Source of the DNA: Octopus sinensis
Lineage: Eukaryota
Reading direction: 5' to 3'
DNA length: 64,000 bases
Assembly (NCBI RefSeq): GCF_006345805.1
Contig: NC_042999.1
Span: forward strand, 4,154,001 to 4,218,000
The notes under the pieces were generated by a model. The model ran no database searches and was not told the DNA's origin. It saw only the letters and a list, made by a program, of their open reading frames with translations. Positions within the stretch are counted from its first letter, which is position 1. Each line of letters begins with the position of its first letter. Position numbers and translations under genes: made by a program. This document shows, one piece after another, positions 52,681-64,000 of this stretch.

Positions 52681-55182
52681 GGCACATGGCTTAGTGGTTA
52701 GGGTGTTGCACTCACAATTGCAAGATTGTGGGTTCCCAGACCAGGCATTGCATTGCGTTCTTGAGCAAAGCACTTCATTTCACGTTGCTCTGCAATCATC
52801 TCATCATCTGACATGTGGCACATGGTGCACCTGTACAGGTGATATCGATTTGATGGAGGGAATGAGTTTATGTGTACGCAAACATTTGATCACTATAAAC
52901 AAATCATCTGCATGTTTGTTCTGTATGTGTGTGTGTGTGTATACACACACACATAAGGATAAGCATATTAAAAGGGATCTGTGAGAAAACTCATTTAAAT
53001 AAAAGGGTTGGAACCCAGTGTTGGGAACCACTGATTTAGAGAATAAAGTTTCAATGTAATCAGAGTTTGATTATATGCAGTAAGCAGTCAGTTGTCTCTC
53101 TCAGCAACTGGTTAGAACTTATGCAGTCATGCACAAGACACTTTCATTTATACACAAGGCTCATCTTTTAGCTGAAAAAAATCCTTCATACAAAGGCATT
53201 ACTTTCAAGCTAACCAATTTGTATTTTAGTGACTTTTGCCTCTTAAGATTACCTCTCAGGGTCTAGCACTTGGCATTACCTATTTTACACTAGTCACAAG
53301 GTTTGACGTGGGAATATAAAGAAATAAAATGAAAGTAATGCCATGTTTTTTAGTCAGGTTTGATAACAGATCTAACAATCTTATACTGTTGGCAAAGGTC
53401 ACAAATATTTGAGTGCATACTTTACTGATGCTAGAAGAATGAGAGGCAAAGTCAACTTCAGTGAAATTCAAACCCAGAATATAAATGGATGAAACTAGAT
53501 ATTACAAAGCATCTTGTCCAATACTCTACCAATTCCAAGGATATTAAGAATTTAGATGTCTTCTCAGAGATGTGTATCATGATATCTTCTTATATCATTG
53601 TGTTGTACCTTTAGGTTTCACAGTTAAATTTCCTGATTAAAAGAATCTAAATGTGAAATGAGCGTCCAAATTATAAAATCTTTAGAGATGTTTAATTAAT
53701 TGTATTTCAAATGCAGTGGTGTGGTGGTGGTGGTGAAGGTGCTGAACGTGGGGGAGATGATGGTGGTGTTTAGCTATAGTTGTGGTGATGTGATTAAGTT
53801 TGTAATGTATAGAGGATACACTGTCAATCAGTATAAGAGAGAGTGTGTATGGTCAACTGGGTTTTCAAATCTAAATACTATAATATATAGTTAACTGTTC
53901 TCAGATAGTTGAAATTACTTCTCGAGTTACATTTACTATTTTCTTATCTTAATCTTAAACATGAGCCAAGTAAAAGTCTAGTAAATTTTGACATCTTTTA
54001 TTAGTAGATTAGGTATTTAAATGTAATTTGAAATATCTGACATGCAACCCTCTCTATTGGTGTCATTCCAACTATTAAAGAGTAATTTAATAGCTGGTCA
54101 AAGAATTCTGCCAACTTAATCTTTTGCATTCCCTGAAGAAGTCACAGTAAATGGAATGTATTCTTTTTCTATCATTGACCTACTAAATAAATGACTCAAA
54201 ACATTATTTGATGCTAATATGTTCTGGCAGTTCTAACCACAGTAACGGCAGAAAGTAGTAAACTGTTTTGAAATGCAAGTTGATCTGTGTAAGCTTTCCA
54301 TGATTTGTATATAAAGAAAGTCATATGTCTCCATAAGAATAGTGACTAGAATTGGCTATGATGTAGTGGTGATGTTCATTGGCTTACTATGGGAAAAATA
54401 CCTCAGGGGTAACTAAATGCATATCTTCTACTCCAATTTCCATTGATTAAAAGATTTTATCAAACTGATCATATTAGAGTAATCCCCTTATTTACTTTAA
54501 AATTTTACACAGTTGTAGAGGGAGTTTTTTCAAAGAAATTGCTTAGCTAATCTCAATTGATTGAATTTTTTCCACTCACTATATTCGGTATGAGAGACCA
54601 TACCTTATTTGTATTTTCTACACAGAATGATCCTCAAGTTATTTCCCTCAGCTATATTGTTGATAATCATCATCAGCAACATTACATTCCATCTATCTTA
54701 ATCATCATCATCACCATCATCCTCATCATCATCATTACCACCCTAATAGGGTAGATTTTCTATGGCTAAATGGCATTCTTGTACCAACCCTCACCTGTTA
54801 CCAAGCAAGGTATTATTTCCCCATGATTAGACATGTTTTCATGAGAGATCAGAAAGGAACAACTCTGTGATTGTGTGTGCATTTGCATGTGCATATACAT
54901 ATATATTTATATATGTGTGTGTGTATATATATATATATACATACATACATATATACGCATATATATACTTACACACACACAGATTTTCATCTTTTTATGA
55001 AAAAATATATTTATATAGGTGACCAGATTTGCTTATGCTAATCACACGCCTAAGTAGTTAGTGGTAATGTCACAATTTCATGCTGTCATGAGAAGTTTTC
55101 ATTCTATTTTAGTAGGATGAAGGATATTTTGTATGACACACATACTCACATACATATATGTATATGTATGTATATATATATA

Positions 55183-55225
<43 letters not shown>

Positions 55226-55226
<1 letters not shown>

Positions 55227-55400
55227 TTTATTTAAAGCAGCAGAAAATTCAACAAAACCTGTTACTCTGAGTTTCCTGTTCCTGTTCATCGGACACAGGT
55301 TTTGTTGAATTTTCTGCTGCTTTAAATAAAGCATATTACTCTACCACTGGTATTTGAGTACTCTTTTTACCACCTTGTTTCACATTTATGTGTTTACTCC

Positions 55401-55402
<2 letters not shown>
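55226..55402 (-). mobile_element. Penelope-like terminal fragment with 37-bp perfect inverted repeat
   Basis: 55226-55262 and 55295-55331 are exact inverted repeats. The spacer on the minus strand reads CCGATGA-aca ggaa cag-GAAA-c-TC. (TA)n flanks. Confidence 0.55.
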
Positions 55403-55492
<90 letters not shown>

Positions 55493-56109
55493 CACAAATA
55501 GGTTAAGGTTCACAGCAGCTGTTTCAGATGTGTTTTTATTGATGAATAAACTGATTACATCATGAAAATTAATTATGTGTTTGTATGTTTTTGTGTCTGA
55601 ACTTTGCCTTCCTGCCACCACTTAGCAACTGGTGTTGGCATGTTTACATCCCTGTAACTTAGAAGTTTGGTAAAAGAGACTATTATAATAAATACCAGGC
55701 TTTTTTTTTTAAAAAAAAAGTGCTCAGGTCGATTGTTTAACTAAAATTCTTCAAATTTGTGCCCCAGCAGGGCCACAGTCTAATGATTGAAACAAGTAAA
55801 AGATAAAAAGTAAAACGTGCTCTTCTTATATCCATTGTGTCTCATTTCAAGACAAAACTCATTGCTGACAGCACAACAGCCACAACTTCTACAAATGGGG
55901 AAACCACTTGCAGTAATGATATTTACTTCACAAAGCCTACAAATACGTAGTCATAGCTTTTAAAAGAATATACAAGATGGAAACCATTCATGAATATACG
56001 TTATGACAGTTTTCAATTAACTGTAATCAGATTCACAATTTTGATTGTAGATCTGCATTTGAGACCTTCTCTATGATTATGTGATCTGCTAGAAATTTCC
56101 CATAATTTT

Positions 56110-56330
56110 AATCATTTTGTTACCCTATTTCTGTTGAAATGCACTGCCGTTGTTTCAAATAACTTTGAAAATAATGAGGAATTTAGTAAAATATTTTTGT
56201 TATTATTAAGTTGGTTTTCAGGACATAAATTAGCATGAAATTTTGATGAGAGGCTTTAATTTAGACCATTTTAAAACAGGAAGTTTGTATCATAGATGAT
56301 GTCAGGCAGTTTGGTATCAAAAGGGGTTAA
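56110..56330. mobile_element. piggyBac-like MITE
   Basis: Same body as 24793-25021; ends ggggTTAA. Confidence 0.5.
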
Positions 56331-57534
56331 AGAAAGCAAAGGCACATTAAATACTGTTGTCATAGATTTCACTCTATCAAAAACATAAATGGAAAAGGCA
56401 TATTCACAGCTGAACCACTGTTAATCATAGCTCAGTTCTGTCAGAGCTAGCCAGGGGCTAAATAACATTTTGTTACAAACTTTTTTCTTCTCTTTTCAAT
56501 AATTTTAGAAGCATATCAAACCAATTTGATATTCTAAGCAGTGAAATATGCTAAGGTCATCCCTTTAGGGGTATTAAAATCAGCTAAAAGAATATAGCCT
56601 TGCTGATTAGCTTAAATTGTATAGCTTCCTTTTTGGTTAAGTTGTGACAAAAGCAAATCACCATTCAACACAACTTTCATGTTTTATACCTTATTGACTA
56701 TTGAGAAAGATTTCACTAGTTCTATCCTTCTAGTACACTTCTCTGAAATTGTTCACAGACATAACAATTAACAATTAGTTCAAGCTCTTTTCTTTCTTTC
56801 TGTCTTCCTTTTTCTTTCTTTCTTTCTTCCTTTTTCTTTCTTTCTTTCTTTCTTCCTTTTTTCCCCCCTGTTTCCAAATGTCAAAAGCCAGAATGACTGA
56901 CCATTTTTTGTTTTATTAAAGAAAGATAGAAAGAAAATCTTTTCATATCAATCAGCAACATTTTACGTGTAGACAAATGCTGAAGAATTTTTACCGTTCC
57001 AATTTAACAAATTTTTTTCTCCTTTCTTTTTCCTTCTCACTTCCTCTCTTTTTGACTTTGTATATTTTTTTAGTCATTCCCTTTATGATGTATATACATA
57101 TGTGTGCATGCATATATATATATATAGTCTCGGGTTCAGCCACACTGTATAGCACCTTAGACTTGGGCAAGTGTCTTCTACCATAGCCCCAGGACAATCA
57201 AAACCTTTTTTCAGACAGAAACTGAAAGAAGCTCATTGTGTGTATGTGTGCACATGTGTATGTATATAAATTAATGTGTGTGTGTGTGTGTGTTCATGTT
57301 TATGTATACACACATCATGTGAAGGTTGTAAACAAGCATCAACATCATACAAGTAGTGTTGTTTGTCACTGGTCTTCTGTAAAAAACACGTCTGGGGGGA
57401 ATATGTGAGAGTTGGTGACAGGAAAAGCAGTTGGCTCTAGAAATCTGCCTCAACAAATTTCATCTTAGTCATGCAAGCATAGAAAAGTGGCCATTTAATG
57501 ATGATGATGAAAATGATGCTGATGACATACACAT

Positions 57535-57568
<34 letters not shown>

Positions 57569-59682
57569 TTACTTATCTATTTATACTTTGTGCCATCTAG
57601 TCAGAACAACTGGTAAATCTAATCTGTAGGATTTTGTTCTGTAGGATTTTGTTCTGTAGGATATACTGAAGGAATTTCCCATTGTGTTTGAATGTCATGA
57701 AACAATGCTATGAATTCTCTGAGATGATCCAGCATAAAGAATATCTATTAAGTAATAATGTATTTTAACAAAAACGAAAATACCCAGAATCCTCTTTCTA
57801 AGTGTTTTTAACACACCAGAGTTCATCTTGAAGTTAATACCTTGATTTGTCATCCACTCTTTCAAATGTTATCCATAAAGAGTTGTTTCTTTATAAATCC
57901 AAATACAAAATCTCCTAAGAGCTTTTATACAAAATTATAATGAATAATGTATAGAATATTCTTTTGTAAACTCTTCAAATGTAAAAATAAAAATAAAAAT
58001 TAAGGCTACTCTTTTGAATCCCCACCAGATTACATAATTATATTTCTATGGTACTCATTAATCTTTACTTGTAGTATGTTTGTATTGCTGGATATCAAAT
58101 TATAATGTATTTTATTGTCATAATGGTTATTCTTTTTAAGTATTTCCATTTTAAAATTGTAAGTTTACATAGAATCTGATTTTATTCTGTTATATTATTT
58201 TATGGCATTTAAAATAAATATCTTCATAATCTTACTTCTTTCTAGAGATTTTGTAATTTTATAAACTTTCTGGCTTTTCAATGCATACAACAACCATACC
58301 ATATAAAAGCAGATGCGAAAGCAGCTAATTTTTATAGTCTAATAGCATTTTGAATCAACGATTTTTGTAGCAAAGCCACTTACAATGAAATACCCCAACT
58401 CTCTTCATACTTCCAGACATACCCTATCCTACTCACCAGTTCCCATACTAAACCCATATTCGGTATATCTAACCCAGAGCTACATGCCTGTTGAAAGACA
58501 TCTCTCCTTTATCTATGTCTTTAGTTTAATTTAACAAAATAAAATCACTGACTGATCAAATTTCAAATAAACAAGTAAACAAGTTCAGTAGACACAAGTA
58601 TGGTTGCATGGTTAAGAAGTTCACTTCCCAATCACATGGTTTTAGGTTCAGTCCCACTGTGTGGCACCAAGAGCAATTGTTTTTTTTTACAACAGCCCTG
58701 AGCTGACCAAAACCTTATAGGCACAGATATGGCTGTGTGGTTAAGAAGTTCACTTCCTAAGTACATGGCTTCAGGTTTAATCTCACACAGTCACACCTTT
58801 GATAAGTGTCTTCTGCTATAGTCCCAGGTTGATCAAAGTCTTGTGTGTGGATTTGGCTGACAGAAACTAAAAGATGCTTGTTATATATGTGTGTGTGTAT
58901 GTGTGGTGGTCGGTGTCTCCTTGACATTGCATGATGATTGTAAAGGAGTGTCAATGCCATACAAGCAGGTGTCATTCATTTCCAATCTTCTGTAAGGAGG
59001 AGGATGGCACTCCAAGATTAAAACCAATCACATTCTTTAAGCTATGATTCATTCTTCCTGCTATGATATCTGCTAACTTTTTATGTAACAATTCCTCTGT
59101 TTCTTACTTCTTCCATTCAGTGTTGTTCACTTTATCTAATCTTTTTTTCCCCAACAACTGCTTTCTTCCCTGGAATTCCTTAACTAATGCATAACTATTG
59201 ACATTGGCTTGCAACCAAAGTGGCAATGCTTTGTTCTCTTCTTCACTCAGAAAGTAAGAACCTGAAACAGAAGATTCTTCCTTCTTCACCACAAATGAAC
59301 TTAACAAACTCAGTTATGAGCCCTGCTATAGAAACTAAATATTTATTGCATTAATCTCCTCTCATCCCAGTTTAGGGAATGTCTCTAAGTAATGCCACTT
59401 CTCCCTCTTCAACTCCATTTTAATTTAAAGAACCAATTAACCTGAAATTATTCCAGCTAAGCCTTAACTATGCAAACATTTTGTTGGATTTTTATCCTTC
59501 CAACTCTGGTCCTATGCACCACCCCCTCCTCTGTTGGATTTTAATTTTAAAGAACCCATTAACCTGAAATTAATTCAACAAAGCCTTAACTAAGCAAACA
59601 TCCTTTCTACTCCTGTATGAAAAAGGATACAAAAGGCAACAATAGAACAATGTCAAATATTTAACTGTTCTATAATTTACCT

Positions 59683-59957
59683 TTAACTCTTTTGATGCTT
59701 ATTCCCCTGGGAACATCCTTGGTTTTGAAATACAAACTTCCTGCTTTAAAATGATCAGCTAAATTAAAACCTTCCTTCAAAATTTCGTGTTAATTTTTTT
59801 CCACTCACCAGCATTTAGAACGGTTAATTCTCTGTTCAATAATTAACAAAGAGACATTGGTAATGGAAAAGTTATTTTACTAAATTCTTCATTTTTTCAA
59901 AATTAATTGGAACAACACCAGCATATTTTAACAGAAATATGGTAAGCAAAGGGTTAA
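59683..59957. mobile_element. piggyBac-like MITE carrying a 53-bp foreign insert
   Basis: TTAActcttt ... aaagggTTAA, reverse orientation to 24793; insert at 59811-59863. Confidence 0.6.
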
Positions 59958-60248
59958 ATGGAACATAAAATGACGCAAGTAAAACAATAGAAGATACCAT
60001 TTTTGTTTCTTCTCTTACTAAGAAAACTACAGGCATTCATGCAGAATAAACAGATTTTCAATGTTTATTCTATGTTAGAGAATAATCACTATTGTGCGTA
60101 ATGGTGAAGTGGCTATGACCTCGGTATATTTTATATAAACCTATTTCTATTCTGAAACTAATAAAGAGATATGAATGTAAAAAGCAAAAATATTCTGTTT
60201 AAAATCATATTGAGACTAAGCAACTAGTGTAAAACAGGGAATATAGAT

Positions 60249-61492
60249 GTCTTTGACTTTATGCTGCATTTAGAATGGTTAATTCTCTGTTCAGTAATTA
60301 ACAAAGAGACATTGGTAAATGTGTTATGGCATGCTAAATGAAAGTGGGTAGATACAGTAATGGTATTTACATTAAGAGGTTAAAGCCTCACCAATTCTTT
60401 CTCAAAATAAAATAAATTATCAAATAGAGTATGCACTAATTATTCATTGCTTTTAATTAAGCACTGGTCTCTGTGGGAGTTAAACTCAGAACACTGACAA
60501 TTAGAAAGAATACCAGTTAAGTTGACAAAAGTGCAAGTTTCACTCCTACTTTGTAACAGAGCATTTAATAAAACAATTGTATGAACAAAAACTTCTCTCA
60601 CAGCATAATTGTAACATTCTATAGATATTTGGTTTAGTTTTCATATTTCGTTCAGAGATATTCCTAATCGCATTCTGCTGTATTGTATTGCTGTTGAAGT
60701 TTAGCATGTAAAGTAAAGGACGGAAATTAGTTGGAACATACGTGAAAAGAAAGTGTTAAGTCAGGCTGTAATTATGAAAGGCTGGCGTTAAAATTTCAAT
60801 GTAAGTAGATGTCAAAACCTTCCTGTCGAGTGCAATTGGTAATAGCTGGAGCTCCAATATTATCAATAAGTATGTTCTGTAAACTGTCAGCTATTGAAAT
60901 ACTTGAAGAAAATTCTGTATCAGTTTAAGAGCTGCTGAGACAGTTGGAGGGTATTATTCTTTAATGTCACTAATTGAAGACAGAGATTTAGCATCAATAT
61001 TTGGTATATGATAGTCAATAGAAGAGGACATTGCTTTTGTGACCTGCCTTACAGATACTTTCATTGAATAATTGCTGGAGTCATCTTTTCTCTTGATTTC
61101 AGTTCAAGTGTAAACTTGAAGGGTCACTAACTCATTTGTACCATATCTTGTAAACATTCGGTTGAATATATTTAGTGTGTGATAGAGTTTAACATGGACA
61201 GTTGATAATTGCATTGATAAGGGTCTTTGACTTTATACTGCATTTAGAATGGCTAATTCTCTGTTCAATAATTAACAATGAGACATTGGTAAATGTGTTA
61301 TGGCATGCTAAATGAAAGTGGGTAGATACAGTAATGGTATTTACATTAAGAGGTTAAAGCCTCACCAATTCTTTCTCAAATTAAGAAAATAAATGATCAA
61401 CTAATGTATGCAATAGTCATGCATTTCTTTTAATTAAGCACTGGTCTCTGTGAGAGTTGAACTCAGAACACTGACGGTTAGAAAGAATGCCA
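60249..61492 (+). repeat. ~270-bp direct repeats (60249-60515 and 61223-61492) around a ~700-bp unique core
   Basis: Colinear gtctttgactttat...gaaagaat.cca; middle section nearly identical, with a diverged AT-rich patch. Confidence 0.85.
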
Positions 61493-61797
61493 AATTATAT
61501 AAAAGAAAAGGGTTTCTATCTGATGTTCTAACAATTCTGCAAACACATTGTCCGATTATTTTATTGTGCTAGCTGTAGTTGTATTTTACAGCAGGTTTTA
61601 CTGTGCCTATAGAATAATGTGTTGACAGAAACAATATCTATAGGGAATGTGTGTGCATGTGTGTGACCAAGACTTAGATGTCATTGTCAATAATATTCTT
61701 GTTTATAGGAATAAATCTGTACTCTACAAAGGTATAGGGTAATGCATCAGATTAATGTAAAATTGTTTTTATCATAACTATAAAAGCAAACAAACAG

Positions 61798-61836
<39 letters not shown>

Positions 61837-61844
61837 ATCATCAT

Positions 61845-62090
61845 CATCATCATCATCGTTTAACGTCCGCTTTCCATGCTAGCATGGGTTGGACGGTTCA
61901 ACTGGGGTCTATGAAGCCCAAAGGCTGCACCAGGCCAGTCAGATCTGGCAGTGTTTCTACAGCTTGATGCCCTTCCTAACGCCAGCCACTCCGCGAGTGT
62001 AGTCGGTGCTTTTATGTGCCACTGACACAGGTGCCAGATGAGGCTGGCGAACGGCCATGCTCGGATGGTGTTTTTTATGTGCCACCGACA
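61845..62090 (-). mobile_element. RTE 3'-end fragment
   Basis: (CAT)n-gtttaacgtccgctttccatgctagcatggg start, shared with 52161. Confidence 0.75.
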
Positions 62091-62682
62091 CAGGGTGTGC
62101 ATGCACATTGTTTTTGATTTTGTTGTCTACACAGTATAGTAGGGTCTGTGAGAAAAATAACACTATAACTCAATTCACTCTGCCAGAAATTTGGAAACAA
62201 CATGCTGTACTGTTTGGCATTCAGGTTAGAAGCTCCACTATGAACATTTCAGAGTGTTTGGGTGTCAATCTAAGGACATGTACCAAGAGTGATAAAATCA
62301 AATATCTAGTCAACATCATGGTGTTTGGAGTGATCACTAGTGATAGTGATGTTATGCTTCCATTCGTCTTCCCACATGGCCTCAAACTCAACATGGAGGC
62401 CTACATCAAGTGCCTGGAGGAGGTAGCATTGCCCTGGGTCAAGAGGATGGTGGATGGAAGACACAATGTCTAGCAACAGAATTCTGCACCATGCTACACA
62501 AGTAGGAGAACCCAGTCATGGCTGTGAGACAATTTCTGTAACCACATCATCCCTAACATCTGGCCACCTAACTCCCCAGACTGCAAACCCCTTGATTATT
62601 ATGTGTGGGGCGCAGTTGAGTGAGAGACCAATAAAACTCCTTGTAACACGAAAGAGATCACCAAAGACTGTCCAGAAGAGTT
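62091..62682 (+). mobile_element. Internally deleted Tc1/mariner-superfamily transposase relic, DD37D (maT) type
   Basis: MVFGVITSD...PFVFPHGLKLN...Y.KCLEEV.LPW...QQ(D>N)SAPC.TSRRTQSWL...WPPNSPDC.PLDYYVWGAVE, with 37 residues between the second catalytic position and the third D. Premature stops; N-terminal ISECLGVNLRT is joined directly to the core. Confidence 0.85.
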
Positions 62683-62842
62683 ACATATATATATATATAT
62701 ATAGTTATATATATGTGTGTGTGTGTATATATATGTGTGTGTGTAAATGTATGTATATATATATATGTGTGTGTGTGTGTGTTTATATATATATTCTTTT
62801 ATATGTTTCAGCCTTGAGTCTGCACCCATGCTGGGGCACCAC

Positions 62843-62874
<32 letters not shown>

Positions 62875-63885
62875 ATGCATGCATGTATATCTTTATTATA
62901 TTTGAATGGTTAATGATATCACTAGTAGCCACTGTTAGATAAAGGATTCATGAAATATCACTTGCCTAGAATATATATTTGTATATAAGTTTAATGGTTA
63001 GTGACAAATTTCAGAATGTTTTGATCTTCTGTTTTTCTGGAGATCACAAAATCAAAACCTTCTGTAGTTTGTCAGTAATCATTAAATTTATGAATAAACA
63101 TGGACACACTCACACACTTGTGTGTGTGTGTGTGTATTTGTATTAGTCATTGAAACACCAACACAGCCCGGTTTTTACAATATTCATTTTCCTTTTACTT
63201 CTTTTTTGTTGTTTCTTTTTTTGGATAAGTACTTTCGCATTATGGAAGCGATCATCACAGTGGAATTTTATAAACAATTATATCAAGGTAAGTATCTAGG
63301 TAAATATAGGCATAGCAACTAGGTGAATAGTTAAAAAGTATATTTACATCTGCTCACACTGGCTACAACTAAATGACATTGTTGAATAGTTAAACTCTTA
63401 TAGTATATGCCACATTTTTTTTTCCTAATGAAAAATTATGAATCTATGTCTTGTAAAAATATATGACACACATGCATTCAACTTAACTGTATACAACAAC
63501 TTTGTTGATGAAAAGATATGACAGCAGATAAAAATCAGTTAGAACAGGTGAAAACCACATTCACAATGTACACCAGTGATCATTTTATCTATCAGTAAAT
63601 TTCATCCTAGTGTATACAATGGTTATACGACTCTGTGTTTTATTGTCGATTAATAGCATTTTGTGAAAATCTAGTTTCTAACAGGTTTGAGTAATATTTA
63701 TAGAGAAAGTAAGGTGGCAAGGTCACTGAATTGTTAGCACACAGGACAAAATGTTTAGCAGTATTTTGTCCATCTGTATGTTCTGAGTTCAAATTCTGTC
63801 AAGTTCAACTTTGCTTTTCATCGTTTTAGGCTCAATAAAGTTAAGTACCAGTCGTGTACTGTGATCAGTGTAATCAACTACCCCT

Positions 63886-63936
<51 letters not shown>

Positions 63937-64000
63937 TAGATAGATAGATAGATATGTTTCTTTATTAGCCACACAGGGCTGCACACAGATAGAACAAATT

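Noticed and set aside
57625-57663. ctgtaggattttgtt repeated about 2.6 times
   Set aside because: Simple slippage duplication with no spacers. No CRISPR-like array exists in this eukaryotic window.

Overview
AT-rich, microsatellite-laden animal genomic DNA. The SINE/LINE families and the dense (TA)n, (ATT)n, (CA)n and (GAT)n tracts look like a coleoid cephalopod (Octopus-like) genome; this is pattern recognition, not a database result. The only host gene I can support is the 5' part of a + strand voltage-gated calcium channel alpha2/delta (CACNA2D-family) gene: a signal-peptide exon (723-844), a probable exon 2 (2102-~2165) whose donor does not fit the frame, and a clean phase 0/0 exon (34697-34804). 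The rest is intron filled with repeats: Helitron-type non-autonomous elements, a Helentron HINE, tRNA-derived SINEs, RTE, L2/CR1 and R4/Dong-like LINE remnants, Penelope-like (GIY-YIG) remnants, hAT and piggyBac-like MITEs and a DD37D (maT) transposase relic. The best finding is at 2607-3800: a young non-coding ~607-bp unit in tandem-plus-inverted arrangement. It carries two hammerhead ribozymes with an intact consensus core, a palindromic stem III and an ~83-nt stem II, and the sense copy lies inside a 453-bp foldback. Decayed hammerhead motifs recur in other Penelope-like remnants. Other points of interest are a Helitron-bracketed inverted copy of nearby DNA, several foldback hairpins, a nested insertion stack inside a LINE and a templated insertion. 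Most supplied ORFs are microsatellite artefacts. Repeat boundaries were placed by eye and are approximate unless a terminus is quoted.
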